Notes under the pieces: model-generated | What the model saw: only the letters and a program-made list of their open reading frames with translations | What the model was told of the DNA's origin: nothing | The model's database searches: none | Program-made: the position numbers and the translations under genes | From: a virus | Lineage: Duplodnaviria; Caudoviricetes | Strand: one strand, 5' to 3' | IMG/VR virus record: IMGVR_UViG_3300032250_000034 | Coordinates: 1-38,012 of that record | Length of the DNA: 38,012 nucleotides | Shown: one piece after another, positions 14,637 to 23,215 of the stretch | Position numbering within the stretch: position 1 is the stretch's first letter | Layout of the letters: each line of letters opens with the position of its first letter

Positions 14637-14875
14637 GATGCTACTGTTGTAATAAAATGTTGTCTGATTTTGAAGCCACTCGTAAGAGTGTACATACAAA
14701 TGAATACCTGGACATGTGTAATAAATGTTACGCTACTGTCAGTGATGACTTACTAACTTATGAAAGAGCAGACCTATACGATGAAGACGAAGATTACGAA
14801 GGAGACGAAGGACTGGATAGTAACGAGTATGATTCATTTAATCGTATGGATAATAGGGTTGACAATGATATTTAA
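14633..14875 (+). CDS. Zinc-finger protein with acidic tail
   Basis: MRCYCC...DMCNKC, then a D/E-rich C-terminus; AGGAG RBS. Confidence 0.8.
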   Translation: MRCYCCNKMLSDFEATRKSVHTNEYLDMCNKCYATVSDDLLTYERADLYDEDEDYEGDEGLDSNEYDSFNRMDNRVDNDI

Positions 14876-14887
14876 ATATGTTATACT
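14859..14887 (+). promoter_or_regulatory. sigma70 promoter for the replication module
   Basis: TTGACA-N17-TATACT with TG extension. Confidence 0.85.
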
Positions 14888-14891
14888 ATCT

Positions 14892-14969
14892 ACTAAGTAG
14901 TTATCTATATAGATAGTTTTTTATATAGTATTATATTAATATAACTTAGGAGTTAAACTTAGGAGTAAC
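14892..14969. repeat. AT-rich imperfect direct repeat, copy B (candidate replication origin)
   Basis: Aligns with 11013-11067; contains tandem ACTTAGGAG x2. Confidence 0.7.
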
Positions 14970-14970
14970 T

Positions 14971-15135
14971 ATGGAAGATAACTATCAAGAAGAAATGCAC
15001 TACCACTTTGCAATACAAAACATGATTGATTGTGCAGGTCGCTATGGTATCGATACAGTCTTACAAGATATCGTTGATGCCTGGAACTTTAAACTAAAGC
15101 AACACGATACCACTGCTGAGTTTTCCTACGAATGA
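14971..15135 (+). CDS. Hypothetical protein, 54 aa (MEDNYQEEMHYHFAIQNMIDC...)
   Basis: AGGAG RBS; translated by hand. Confidence 0.75.
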   Translation: MEDNYQEEMHYHFAIQNMIDCAGRYGIDTVLQDIVDAWNFKLKQHDTTAEFSYE

Positions 15136-15311
15136 ACCTAGAGATAACGCACCAACGCACTGCTAAGTGGAAGGACGATACATGGGATGTCTTAGATAAA
15201 CCAAGCTATCAATGGACTAGTAAGACTGAGCAGTCACCAAGCTTTGACATACTGCGTGATGCACTGCAGTGGATTATTAAACACGATGAGGCATTGAATG
15301 AAAACAGATAG
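15132..15311 (+). CDS. Hypothetical protein, 59 aa (MNLEITHQRTAKWKDDTW...)
   Basis: ATGA overlap; fills the gap before the primase. Confidence 0.65.
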   Translation: MNLEITHQRTAKWKDDTWDVLDKPSYQWTSKTEQSPSFDILRDALQWIIKHDEALNENR

Positions 15312-16935
15312 TAACTTTTTGAAACACATACCTTGCAGTACCTGCGGATCTTCAGATGCTAACAGTATCTATGATGATGGGCATGAGTACTGTCATAAGT
15401 GTGGAACTTATAAGAAGGGTTCAGAGGCGATGGTTCAGGCTGTCCTAAGGGAGGGTATCACCGAACCTACAAACTCTTCTCCTAAGCAGTTTAAATCAGT
15501 CCTAGAGGCATTGGCAAATGTAGAAGCTACCCCAGTTGTAGAGCGTGGTATTTCTACACAGACTATGCACTTCTTTGGTGCAGGTTCTGATGGTACTAGT
15601 TACTACTTTCCATATTGTGATATGACTGGTAAGGTTGTTGCTGCTAAGACTCGCTCAATGACTGAGAAACAATTCAGTGTGATGGGTGACTGGAAGGAAG
15701 CAGTGCTATTCGGACAGAACAAGTTTACTCCAGGTGGTAAAGCTATCACGATTACCGAGGGTGAGTTTGATGCCTTGGCATGCTATCAGTTGACTGGTTC
15801 TCGCTACCCAGTGGTATCCATTCGTAACGGTGCTACGTCAGCACTGAAGGATTGCAGAGCAAGCTTTGAGTATCTAGATTCCTTTGATAAGATTGTGATC
15901 TGCTTTGATAACGATGAACCTGGACAGCAAGCAGCGAATCAAGTTGCTGAATTATTTGGCAGTAAAGCACACATCTTTAGATTCCCTAAGCAGGAACTCA
16001 AGGATGCTAATGATTACCTGATCCAGGGATTGGTGAAGGAGTTTGTTGAGGAATGGTGGAACGCAGAGAAGTATGTACCTGATGGTATCGTAGCAGGATC
16101 TACCTTGTGGGATCTAGTAAACCAACCAGTTGAGAAGGCTGAGGTACAGTATCCGTATCATGGTATGAATAACCTTACCTATGGTATTCGTTTAGGAGAA
16201 CTCGTTACAGTTACTGCAGGATCTGGACTAGGTAAGTCTCAGTTCATGCGTGAGATTGTGTGGCAGATTCTTAATAAGACTGAGGATAACATTGGTCTCA
16301 TGTTCTTAGAGGAGTCGGTCAAGAAAACTGCTAAGAGTTTGATGTCACTTGCTGCAAATAAACCACTACACTTACCTGATTGTGACGCTGATGAGGAGGA
16401 ACTTAGACATGCATTTGATGCTACCCTTGGAACTGATCGTGTATTTTTGTTTGATCATTTTGGGTCTACCGCCATTGACAATATTATCAACCGAGTACGA
16501 TTCATGGCAAAAGGTCTCAATTGTCGTTATGTATTTCTTGATCACGTATCGATTGTGGTATCTGCTCAGGAGAATGGCGACGAAAGAAAAGCATTAGACG
16601 AGATCATGACTAAGCTTCGTACCATTGTGCAAGAGACTGGCATTGCTTTGTTTGTGGTGTCTCACCTTAAGCGTCCTGAATCTAAGGGGCATGAGGAAGG
16701 TGCTGCTACATCCCTAGCACAGCTACGAGGTTCAGGTTCTATCGCTCAGTTATCAGACATGGTGATTGGATTAGAGCGTAACGGACAGCACGAGGATGAG
16801 ACCGAGCGTAACACTACCTACGTCCGAGTATTGAAGAATAGATTCAGTGGTTTAACTGGGTTAGCTTGTCGCCTATTGTATCGTCGTGATACTGGTAGGA
16901 TGAACGAGTTGCCTCCTGAAGAAACTAAATTATAA
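15298..16935 (+). CDS. DNA primase-helicase (T7 gp4-like)
   Basis: Zn finger CxxC...CxxC; TOPRIM TEGEFDA / FDND; Walker A GSGLGKS; LDH; QLRGSGSIAQLSD; KNR. Confidence 0.97.
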   Translation: MKTDSNFLKHIPCSTCGSSDANSIYDDGHEYCHKCGTYKKGSEAMVQAVLREGITEPTNSSPKQFKSVLEALANVEATPVVERGISTQTMHFFGAGSDGTSYYFPYCDMTGKVVAAKTRSMTEKQFSVMGDWKEAVLFGQNKFTPGGKAITITEGEFDALACYQLTGSRYPVVSIRNGATSALKDCRASFEYLDSFDKIVICFDNDEPGQQAANQVAELFGSKAHIFRFPKQELKDANDYLIQGLVKEFVEEWWNAEKYVPDGIVAGSTLWDLVNQPVEKAEVQYPYHGMNNLTYGIRLGELVTVTAGSGLGKSQFMREIVWQILNKTEDNIGLMFLEESVKKTAKSLMSLAANKPLHLPDCDADEEELRHAFDATLGTDRVFLFDHFGSTAIDNIINRVRFMAKGLNCRYVFLDHVSIVVSAQENGDERKALDEIMTKLRTIVQETGIALFVVSHLKRPESKGHEEGAATSLAQLRGSGSIAQLSDMVIGLERNGQHEDETERNTTYVRVLKNRFSGLTGLACRLLYRRDTGRMNELPPEETKL

Positions 16936-16937
16936 GG

Positions 16938-16966
16938 TTGCCAACATGGAGAAAGTATGTTATAAT
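16938..16966 (+). promoter_or_regulatory. sigma70 promoter upstream of the polymerase cluster
   Basis: TTGCCA-N17-TATAAT with TG extension. Confidence 0.7.
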
Positions 16967-17185
16967 AATGGTATCAAATGGGGAGGTACTGTACTATGCT
17001 TAATTGGAATAGGGTTAACTAGTTTCAATGTATATCCCCTTAATATATTATTTGGACTTGTTGGATCAGGCTTGTGGACTTATGCTGGTATATTGCAGCG
17101 TGATCTACCTTTGATCCTGGTTGAAGTTGTGGCTGTAATCCTGTATTTCGCAGGAGTAGTCACCTATATAAATGTGAGGTTATGA
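16946..17185 (+). CDS. Small 3-TM membrane protein
   Basis: KWGGTVLCLIG...YPLNILFGLVGSGLW...; start uncertain because it overlaps a promoter. Confidence 0.65.
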   Translation: MEKVCYNNGIKWGGTVLCLIGIGLTSFNVYPLNILFGLVGSGLWTYAGILQRDLPLILVEVVAVILYFAGVVTYINVRL

Positions 17186-17186
17186 A

Positions 17187-17351
17187 ATGAGTTTAATGCA
17201 ATTGCCTAAGATAATCGATTCAGTCAATGAACTGGGTGCTAAGGTTGCTAAATTAGAACTGATGGTCAAGGAATTACAAGATGCTTTTGTGATGGCTACC
17301 CAGCAGACTATCGTTAAAGAAGTTGAGAAGCGTACTCCTAAATCTAAATGA
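17187..17351 (+). CDS. Hypothetical coiled-coil protein, 54 aa (MSLMQLPKIIDSVNELG...)
   Basis: GAGG RBS; ATGA overlap; translated by hand. Confidence 0.7.
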   Translation: MSLMQLPKIIDSVNELGAKVAKLELMVKELQDAFVMATQQTIVKEVEKRTPKSK

Positions 17352-17569
17352 AAGATGCTATCGTCTTCGCAGCCCTACTGCTAGGACTTATGGTAGGATA
17401 CGCTGCTAATGAATACCGACACATGTTAGAACACATTGAGTGCAACAACTACAGCACCAAGCATTCTAAGTGGGATGGCTACGTAGCGAAGGATGAGCAT
17501 GGACAGCTACGCTGCTTCTGGCTAGAGCGTGAACATCCTAATCGAATTAGACAAGGAGTACCAGTGTAG
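17348..17569 (+). CDS. Hypothetical membrane-anchored protein
   Basis: N-terminal hydrophobic segment; ATGA coupling. Confidence 0.7.
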   Translation: MKDAIVFAALLLGLMVGYAANEYRHMLEHIECNNYSTKHSKWDGYVAKDEHGQLRCFWLEREHPNRIRQGVPV

Positions 17570-17631
17570 TGATATGGAAATGTCCTCCATTAAATTTATT
17601 TAATTGGAATAACTTTTGGAAATGGAATGCA

Positions 17632-19281
17632 ATGAGAAAGATTATTCTCGACATAGAAACAAATCTAAAGCATGACCAAATATGGATGTGCGTTACTAGA
17701 GAAATAGGAGGAGATGTACAAGTATGGAAGGAAGCAAGCGGACTACAAAAGTATTTGGACAGTTGCGATTTGATTATAATGCACAACGGAATATGCTTCG
17801 ATGCCCCAGTACTGAAAAGGAACTGGAACATTACGATGAAGCAGAGCCAGATGTGCGACACGCTCGTACTAAGTCGCCTATTAAGTCCAAGTCTAGAGGG
17901 AGGACATAGTTTAGATGCATGGGGTCAACGCTTAGGTTTTGCTAAGGGAGACTTCAAAGATTTTGATACAGGTTATTCCAAAGAGATGGAGGAGTACTGC
18001 ATTCAAGATACTTTAGTAACTGAGAAACTGTATCAGCATTTAACTGCTGAACTTACTAGAAATAAATTTGATGAGAGGAGTATTAAACTTGAGCACAATG
18101 TACAAGCGGTCATCGCTACGCAAGAAACAAACGGATTCAAACTCAACGAGAGGGCTGCTGTCACTCTTCTGGCAACGCTGCAAAATAAGCTGGCTATTCT
18201 TGAGACTGAGCTTCAAAACATTTTTCCAACCAAGACAACCCCACGAGTCTCAGAGAAAACAGGAAAGCCTCTCAAGCCCCTCGTCGAAGTCTTCAACCCA
18301 GGCAGTCGCAAGCAAATCGGTGAAAGGCTCATCGAGAAAGGCTGGAAGCCAGAGAAGTTCACAGAAAACGGTCAACCAATCGTCGACGAAGGGACGCTCG
18401 AAGGCTTAGATTTTCCTGAAGCTAAGGCGATTGCTGAGTTCTTGTTGTTACAGAAACGAATTGCTCAGATCAAATCATGGTTAGATGTGATACAACCTGA
18501 TGGTAGAGTACATGGTAAAGTAATAACGAATGGTGCAGTGACAGGACGGATGACACATCACAGTCCTAACATGGCACAAGTACCTAGTTGTGGTAGCCCC
18601 TACGGAGAAGACTGTAGGGATCTTTGGATTGTAGAGAAAGGATATAAGTTAGTTGGTATCGATGCTTCAGGACTGGAGCTTAGGATGCTTGCTCACTATA
18701 TGAAAGACGATGCGTATATTTATGAGGTCACACAAGGTGATATCCACACAGCCAACCAGAAAGCTGCTGGACTCGAAACACGTGCTCAAGCAAAGACGTT
18801 TATATATGCATTCCTCTATGGTGCAGGGGCTGCCAAGATCGGGAAAGTTGTGGGTGCTGGAGCGAAAGAAGGACAACGACTTATTGATTCTTTTCTGGAA
18901 AACACCCCGAAACTGCGAGCACTTAGGGAGAACGTGGCTAAAGTCTGCAAGTCGTCGGGATCATTACCAGGTCTTGATGGACGTAGACTACACGTTAGGT
19001 CTGACCATGCAGCAGTCAACACACTTCTCCAAGGTGCGGGTGCGATTGTCATGAAGCAAGCATTAGTAATCCTAGATGAACGACTGAGTAAACTAGGTGT
19101 TGATTATAAGTTTGTTGCTAACGTGCATGACGAATGGCAGATTGAAGTAGAAGAAGCATACGCAGATATGGTAGGTAAGTTAGGAGTACAAGCTATCGAG
19201 CAAGCAGGTCGTGTATTAGAAATGCGATGCCCTCTCACTGGCGAGTACAGAGTAGGAAATTCATGGAAGGAAACACACTGA
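17632..19281 (+). CDS. polA: Family A DNA polymerase (T7 gp5-like) with 3'-5' exonuclease
   Basis: ExoI LDIET, ExoII HNG..FD, ExoIII YC.QD; motif A DASGLELR; motif B KTFIYAFLYG; motif C VHDE; frame is also open from GTG 17569. Confidence 0.97.
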   Translation: MRKIILDIETNLKHDQIWMCVTREIGGDVQVWKEASGLQKYLDSCDLIIMHNGICFDAPVLKRNWNITMKQSQMCDTLVLSRLLSPSLEGGHSLDAWGQRLGFAKGDFKDFDTGYSKEMEEYCIQDTLVTEKLYQHLTAELTRNKFDERSIKLEHNVQAVIATQETNGFKLNERAAVTLLATLQNKLAILETELQNIFPTKTTPRVSEKTGKPLKPLVEVFNPGSRKQIGERLIEKGWKPEKFTENGQPIVDEGTLEGLDFPEAKAIAEFLLLQKRIAQIKSWLDVIQPDGRVHGKVITNGAVTGRMTHHSPNMAQVPSCGSPYGEDCRDLWIVEKGYKLVGIDASGLELRMLAHYMKDDAYIYEVTQGDIHTANQKAAGLETRAQAKTFIYAFLYGAGAAKIGKVVGAGAKEGQRLIDSFLENTPKLRALRENVAKVCKSSGSLPGLDGRRLHVRSDHAAVNTLLQGAGAIVMKQALVILDERLSKLGVDYKFVANVHDEWQIEVEEAYADMVGKLGVQAIEQAGRVLEMRCPLTGEYRVGNSWKETH

Positions 19282-19430
19282 TGGATGAAATTAAACAAGC
19301 AGTACTTAAACTTCTAAGACAAGGTAATCATGTGTCGACTGTTAGATCACTGCTACGTGAAGCAGAGAAAGAACTAGATCAAGCACAAGAATACTTAGAA
19401 GCTATCAAAGATGCAGACTTTGCACCATGA
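19281..19430 (+). CDS. Hypothetical protein (MDEIKQAVLKLLRQG...)
   Basis: TGATG coupling to the polymerase; AAGGA RBS. Confidence 0.7.
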   Translation: MDEIKQAVLKLLRQGNHVSTVRSLLREAEKELDQAQEYLEAIKDADFAP

Positions 19431-19606
19431 AGATGGAAGATATACCTGAGCATGTAGAACCATTAGTTATTCTAGGAAATGACAACGATTACTTGACTGT
19501 ATATACTTGTCTATCCAATGAAGATACTATCGAAATACTGCGTCGATCCTTACATGTCCTTGAAATAGAACAGGAAGAAGCAGATAAAAACTTGCATTTG
19601 CATTAA
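19427..19606 (+). CDS. Hypothetical protein, 59 aa (MKMEDIPEHVEPLVILG...)
   Basis: ATGA overlap; translated by hand. Confidence 0.65.
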   Translation: MKMEDIPEHVEPLVILGNDNDYLTVYTCLSNEDTIEILRRSLHVLEIEQEEADKNLHLH

Positions 19607-19620
19607 AAATAGTGTATAAT
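19592..19620 (+). promoter_or_regulatory. sigma70 promoter for the SSB/nuclease genes
   Basis: TTGCAT-N17-TATAAT. Confidence 0.75.
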
Positions 19621-19649
19621 ATATGTAGTTGTTTACTAAGGAGAAATAA

Positions 19650-20069
19650 ATGGAACAAGCAAAACCAGTACCAATTAAAGCCGACCTCTTCTGGGCTTCA
19701 TTAAATGAGAAGAACAAATATTCTGACAAGTTTCAGGTAGATCTTTGCAACCTATCCAAGGATGCTATCAAGACTTTGATGGACATGGGCATCAATGTAA
19801 AGAACGATGCTAAGAAACCTGACCAAGGCTTCTTCGTTACTGCTAAGAGCAAGCTATATCCTATCCTCGCAGTAGATGAGAAGGGTAATCAGATCACTGT
19901 TAAGATTGCTAACGGATCTAAAGGTGTAGCTTTGATTAAACCATACAACTATAATGTTGGTGGTAAGCAAGGTGTAGGAGTAGGCATTAGCAAGATCATC
20001 GTTAAAGATTTGATCGAGTACAAACCTACTGGTGTTAACCTAGCAGACATCGAGGAAGAAGCTCTTTAA
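19650..20069 (+). CDS. Single-stranded DNA-binding protein (T7 gp2.5-like)
   Basis: WA-L...KFQVDL, IANGSKG OB-fold pattern; acidic C-tail; AAGGAG RBS; own promoter. Confidence 0.75.
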   Translation: MEQAKPVPIKADLFWASLNEKNKYSDKFQVDLCNLSKDAIKTLMDMGINVKNDAKKPDQGFFVTAKSKLYPILAVDEKGNQITVKIANGSKGVALIKPYNYNVGGKQGVGVGISKIIVKDLIEYKPTGVNLADIEEEAL

Positions 20070-20812
20070 TGCACACTGCCCTGATTGATGGGGACATCTT
20101 AGTATATCGCATTGGCTTTTCATCCGAAGAAGATGAGGAGTCAATAGCGATAGCTAGGTGTGGTGAGTTTCTAGAGAACCTGATTCTCTTCAATGGATTT
20201 GAGGACTACAAAGGATACCTTACAGGTGGTGGTAACTTTAGGAATGAAGTAGCAGTAACTGCTCCGTATAAAGGTAATCGTAAATCAGCTAAGCCAAAGC
20301 ACTACGCTATACTAAGACAGTATATGCAGCAGAGCTGGGGCTTTGAGATGATTGAAGGACAAGAAGCAGACGACGCTATTGGTATCGCAGCGTATGCACT
20401 AGAGCCTGGTGAGTATTGTATTTGTACAATTGATAAAGACTTAGACATGATTCGTGGTGATCACTTTAACTTTACTAATGATCTCCGATATTATGTGACT
20501 GAGGAAGAAGGCATCAGGAATTTTTATAAACAGATTTTAACTGGTGATAGGGTCGACAATGTTATTGGGCTTAAAGGCATTGGAGAAGTTAAAGCAGAAA
20601 GAATACTCAAAGAATGCAAAGACGAAAACGAAATGTATCTTGCTGTCCTGGAGGCTTACAAAGGCGACGAAGCAAGGGTGCTGGAGAACGGACAATTGTT
20701 ATGGATAAGAAGACAGTCAAACGAAATCTGGAAACCTCCAAAGTTATCTACGTCCAGTGGGTCGACGCAGTTGCTGACGCAGGATGGGAAGACGAAGTCA
20801 AAGCAGAAATAG
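20069..20812 (+). CDS. 5'-3' exonuclease / RNase H (T7 gp6-like, PIN/FEN fold)
   Basis: IDGD, YKGNR, EADD, IDKD, GDRVDNVIGLKGIG. Confidence 0.93.
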   Translation: MHTALIDGDILVYRIGFSSEEDEESIAIARCGEFLENLILFNGFEDYKGYLTGGGNFRNEVAVTAPYKGNRKSAKPKHYAILRQYMQQSWGFEMIEGQEADDAIGIAAYALEPGEYCICTIDKDLDMIRGDHFNFTNDLRYYVTEEEGIRNFYKQILTGDRVDNVIGLKGIGEVKAERILKECKDENEMYLAVLEAYKGDEARVLENGQLLWIRRQSNEIWKPPKLSTSSGSTQLLTQDGKTKSKQK

Positions 20813-21042
20813 ATCTTTGCCATACTGTAGGATTCTTGATCAGCGAAACAAAAGATGCTCTATGTATTGCGTCCACAGTGTCTAAAGATAATAGTAACGC
20901 TAGGATACACATACCTAAGGCATGGATAAAGAAACGAAAGGTAATGAAGTTTGAAACCACAGTCAGCAAAAGCAAAAGGAAGAAAGCTACAGCAGTGGGT
21001 GAGAGACCAGATACTCCAACGATTCCCTACGCTGAGCACTGA
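20701..21042 (+). CDS. Phage hypothetical protein overlapping both nuclease genes
   Basis: VQWVDA...GW...CHTVGFL...IP..WI pattern resembling a common small phage family; start uncertain. Confidence 0.65.
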   Translation: MDKKTVKRNLETSKVIYVQWVDAVADAGWEDEVKAEIDLCHTVGFLISETKDALCIASTVSKDNSNARIHIPKAWIKKRKVMKFETTVSKSKRKKATAVGERPDTPTIPYAEH

Positions 21043-21289
21043 TGATGTCAGAAGCACAAGCATGGGAGCGAGTGGAGAGGATGTTCAGCTTAGCTCGGCT
21101 GCTCGTAGTATTTTTCCTTTTCAGATTGAGTGCAAGAATCGTAAAGCTATTGCGGTCTTCAAGGATTATGAACAAGCTCAGACGCATGGACTAGTCGAGC
21201 CACTCGTAGTCTTGAAGCAGAATAATAGTAAGCCTCTTGTCTTGGTGGATGCTGAATACTTTTTTGATTTAGTAAAACGTGGTAGTTAG
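20951..21289 (+). CDS. PD-(D/E)XK endonuclease / Holliday junction resolvase
   Basis: SAKAKGR.LQ, SMGASGED, IECKN; TTG start. Confidence 0.85.
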   Translation: MKPQSAKAKGRKLQQWVRDQILQRFPTLSTDDVRSTSMGASGEDVQLSSAARSIFPFQIECKNRKAIAVFKDYEQAQTHGLVEPLVVLKQNNSKPLVLVDAEYFFDLVKRGS

Positions 21290-21339
21290 TTACAGAAAGT
21301 TTCTGCTGTATAAACTGCTACGGATTATAAGGAGAATAA

Positions 21340-21459
21340 ATGTCAGTAAAGATAATTGAATGGAAGGTTATCGGAGATAAAGATAACTTCACTGTCCTTG
21401 GTATGGATGAACAAGGATGGATTTACTTTTGGAAGGACGCTAAATGGAACATCCTATAA
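21340..21459 (+). CDS. Hypothetical microprotein, 39 aa (MSVKIIEWKVIGDKDNF...)
   Basis: TAAGGAG RBS; translated by hand. Confidence 0.75.
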   Translation: MSVKIIEWKVIGDKDNFTVLGMDEQGWIYFWKDAKWNIL

Positions 21460-21692
21460 ATAGATATACGTTTTTATTTATCGAAGGAGATGAAGTAGAT
21501 GCACGTTATGACTTTCCTTTTAATAAGGAAGTTCGTCATGAGTTTAACATTCAAGCAGACCAGTCTTGGGACTATGTGATGCGAGAGTTTATCTCCTTCT
21601 TATCAAATATATATGGATATCAAATTAATATAAAGGATTATGATGACGACCCACTTAATAATACCAGACTGTCAAGTGAAACCTGGTCATGA
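21444..21692 (+). CDS. Hypothetical protein
   Basis: AAGGA RBS; tight packing. Confidence 0.7.
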   Translation: MEHPINRYTFLFIEGDEVDARYDFPFNKEVRHEFNIQADQSWDYVMREFISFLSNIYGYQINIKDYDDDPLNNTRLSSETWS

Positions 21693-22407
21693 TTATAATT
21701 ATTTAAAAGCGATTGGAAACTACATTGTTAAGAAGCGTCCTGATGTTATTGTTAATATTGGGGACTTTGCGGACATGCCTTCATTATCAAGCTATGATAA
21801 AGGAAAGAAGTCCTTCGAGGGTAGACGATATAAGCATGATGTAGCAGCAACACACGAAGCAATGGACATCTTATTAAAACCACTGCGTGACTTACAAGCA
21901 AGACAGCGGAGGAATAAAGATAAGGTATATAAACCACGAATGGTATTAACACTTGGTAATCACGAGCATCGTATCAATCGTGCAGTTGAAAACGATTCGA
22001 TGTTAGATGGTACTATTTCAATAGAGGACTTGAAGTATGCTGAAGCTGGTTGGGAAGTTATTCCTTTTGAGCAGCCTATTATTATTGACGGTGTTTTATA
22101 TTCCCATTATGTTACTGCAGGTGCTCTTAATAGACCTGTTGGATCGGCAGCAGCGATTATCTCCAAGAAACACCAGTCGTGTATTGTGGGTCATCAACAA
22201 GGTAGACAAGTTGCTTACGCTATTCGAGCAGATGGTAAAACGCTTACAGCAATAATTGCAGGGAGTTGTTATGAACATGATGAAGACTATTTGGGAGCAC
22301 AAGGTAATAACTATTGGAGAGGTATTGTGGTCTTACACGAAGTTCATGATGGTTGCTTCGATGAGATGTTTGTTTCCTTAGACTTTTTAAAGAAGAGGTA
22401 TTTATGA
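21640..22407 (+). CDS. Calcineurin-like metallophosphoesterase
   Basis: IPD, GDFAD, GNHE, H, GHQQ motifs. Confidence 0.9.
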   Translation: MMTTHLIIPDCQVKPGHDYNYLKAIGNYIVKKRPDVIVNIGDFADMPSLSSYDKGKKSFEGRRYKHDVAATHEAMDILLKPLRDLQARQRRNKDKVYKPRMVLTLGNHEHRINRAVENDSMLDGTISIEDLKYAEAGWEVIPFEQPIIIDGVLYSHYVTAGALNRPVGSAAAIISKKHQSCIVGHQQGRQVAYAIRADGKTLTAIIAGSCYEHDEDYLGAQGNNYWRGIVVLHEVHDGCFDEMFVSLDFLKKRYL

Positions 22408-22712
22408 ATCCAATAGCAATGCCTAAGCCATACGGATATGTAGAATGTGAAGGTGAAATAACCTTAGAAGAATACTTTCGTAGGTTACAGGTAGAAGAGC
22501 CTGAGTTAACTCCTAGGGACAAGCAGGTAGGTGGTAAACACTATCACAAAGGTAATGGGATACAACCTTGGGATATTATTGAAGCATGGGATCTTGACTT
22601 TTGGGAGGGAAATGTGGTAAAATATATACTACGTTGGAAACATAAAGACGGAATCCAAGACTTAAAGAAAGCGAGACACTATCTTGACCACATCATTAGT
22701 AAAAATTCTTAA
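22404..22712 (+). CDS. DUF3310 / SaV-like protein (T7 gp1.7 nucleotide-kinase-related)
   Basis: QVGGKHY...QPWD...GNVVKYILR..HKDGIQDLKKA.HYL. Confidence 0.88.
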   Translation: MNPIAMPKPYGYVECEGEITLEEYFRRLQVEEPELTPRDKQVGGKHYHKGNGIQPWDIIEAWDLDFWEGNVVKYILRWKHKDGIQDLKKARHYLDHIISKNS

Positions 22713-22746
22713 CGATTCACATAAATTTTTAAAGGAGCAAAAACCT

Positions 22747-23037
22747 ATGAAGGCAGTAAAGTTTAATAAGTTCTTCCCAGAAGACAATGCATTCGTAACA
22801 GTTGATGGACGTATGGATGCAGACGATGACTGGCAAGTTAGCTTAACCATTCAGGCTGATACTAAGAACGTAGCTAACTGGTGGTGTAGTGATTGGAATT
22901 ACAAAGAAGCTACTACCCAGTTAAAAGCATACCAGGAAGCCATGCAAAAAGCTATCGACTTTATTGAAGTATGTGCTACTCAGCCAGCTAAAGCTGCTAA
23001 GGTTAATGCTACTAAGCGTACTGCTAAGAAAAAGTAA
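22747..23037 (+). CDS. Hypothetical protein with basic C-tail
   Basis: AAGGAG RBS before ATG 22747. Confidence 0.75.
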   Translation: MKAVKFNKFFPEDNAFVTVDGRMDADDDWQVSLTIQADTKNVANWWCSDWNYKEATTQLKAYQEAMQKAIDFIEVCATQPAKAAKVNATKRTAKKK

Positions 23038-23039
23038 AA

Positions 23040-23215
23040 TGAATCGTACTCTTACACTGCCAGAGTTAAAAGAACGGTTGAAGAGTTTAGACGAAGTAAT
23101 GCTTCTGGAGCTACTCGACATAGCTTCAGAAGATTTAGTAGAAACTTTTAGCGATACGATAGAACATAACTATAACCGACTTCTAAAAGAAGTAGATTGG
23201 GAAGAAACTGAATGA
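23040..23215 (+). CDS. Phage hypothetical protein (MNRTLTLPELKERL...LLELLDI.SEDLV)
   Basis: ATG 2 nt after the upstream stop; ATGA overlap with the RNR gene. Confidence 0.75.
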
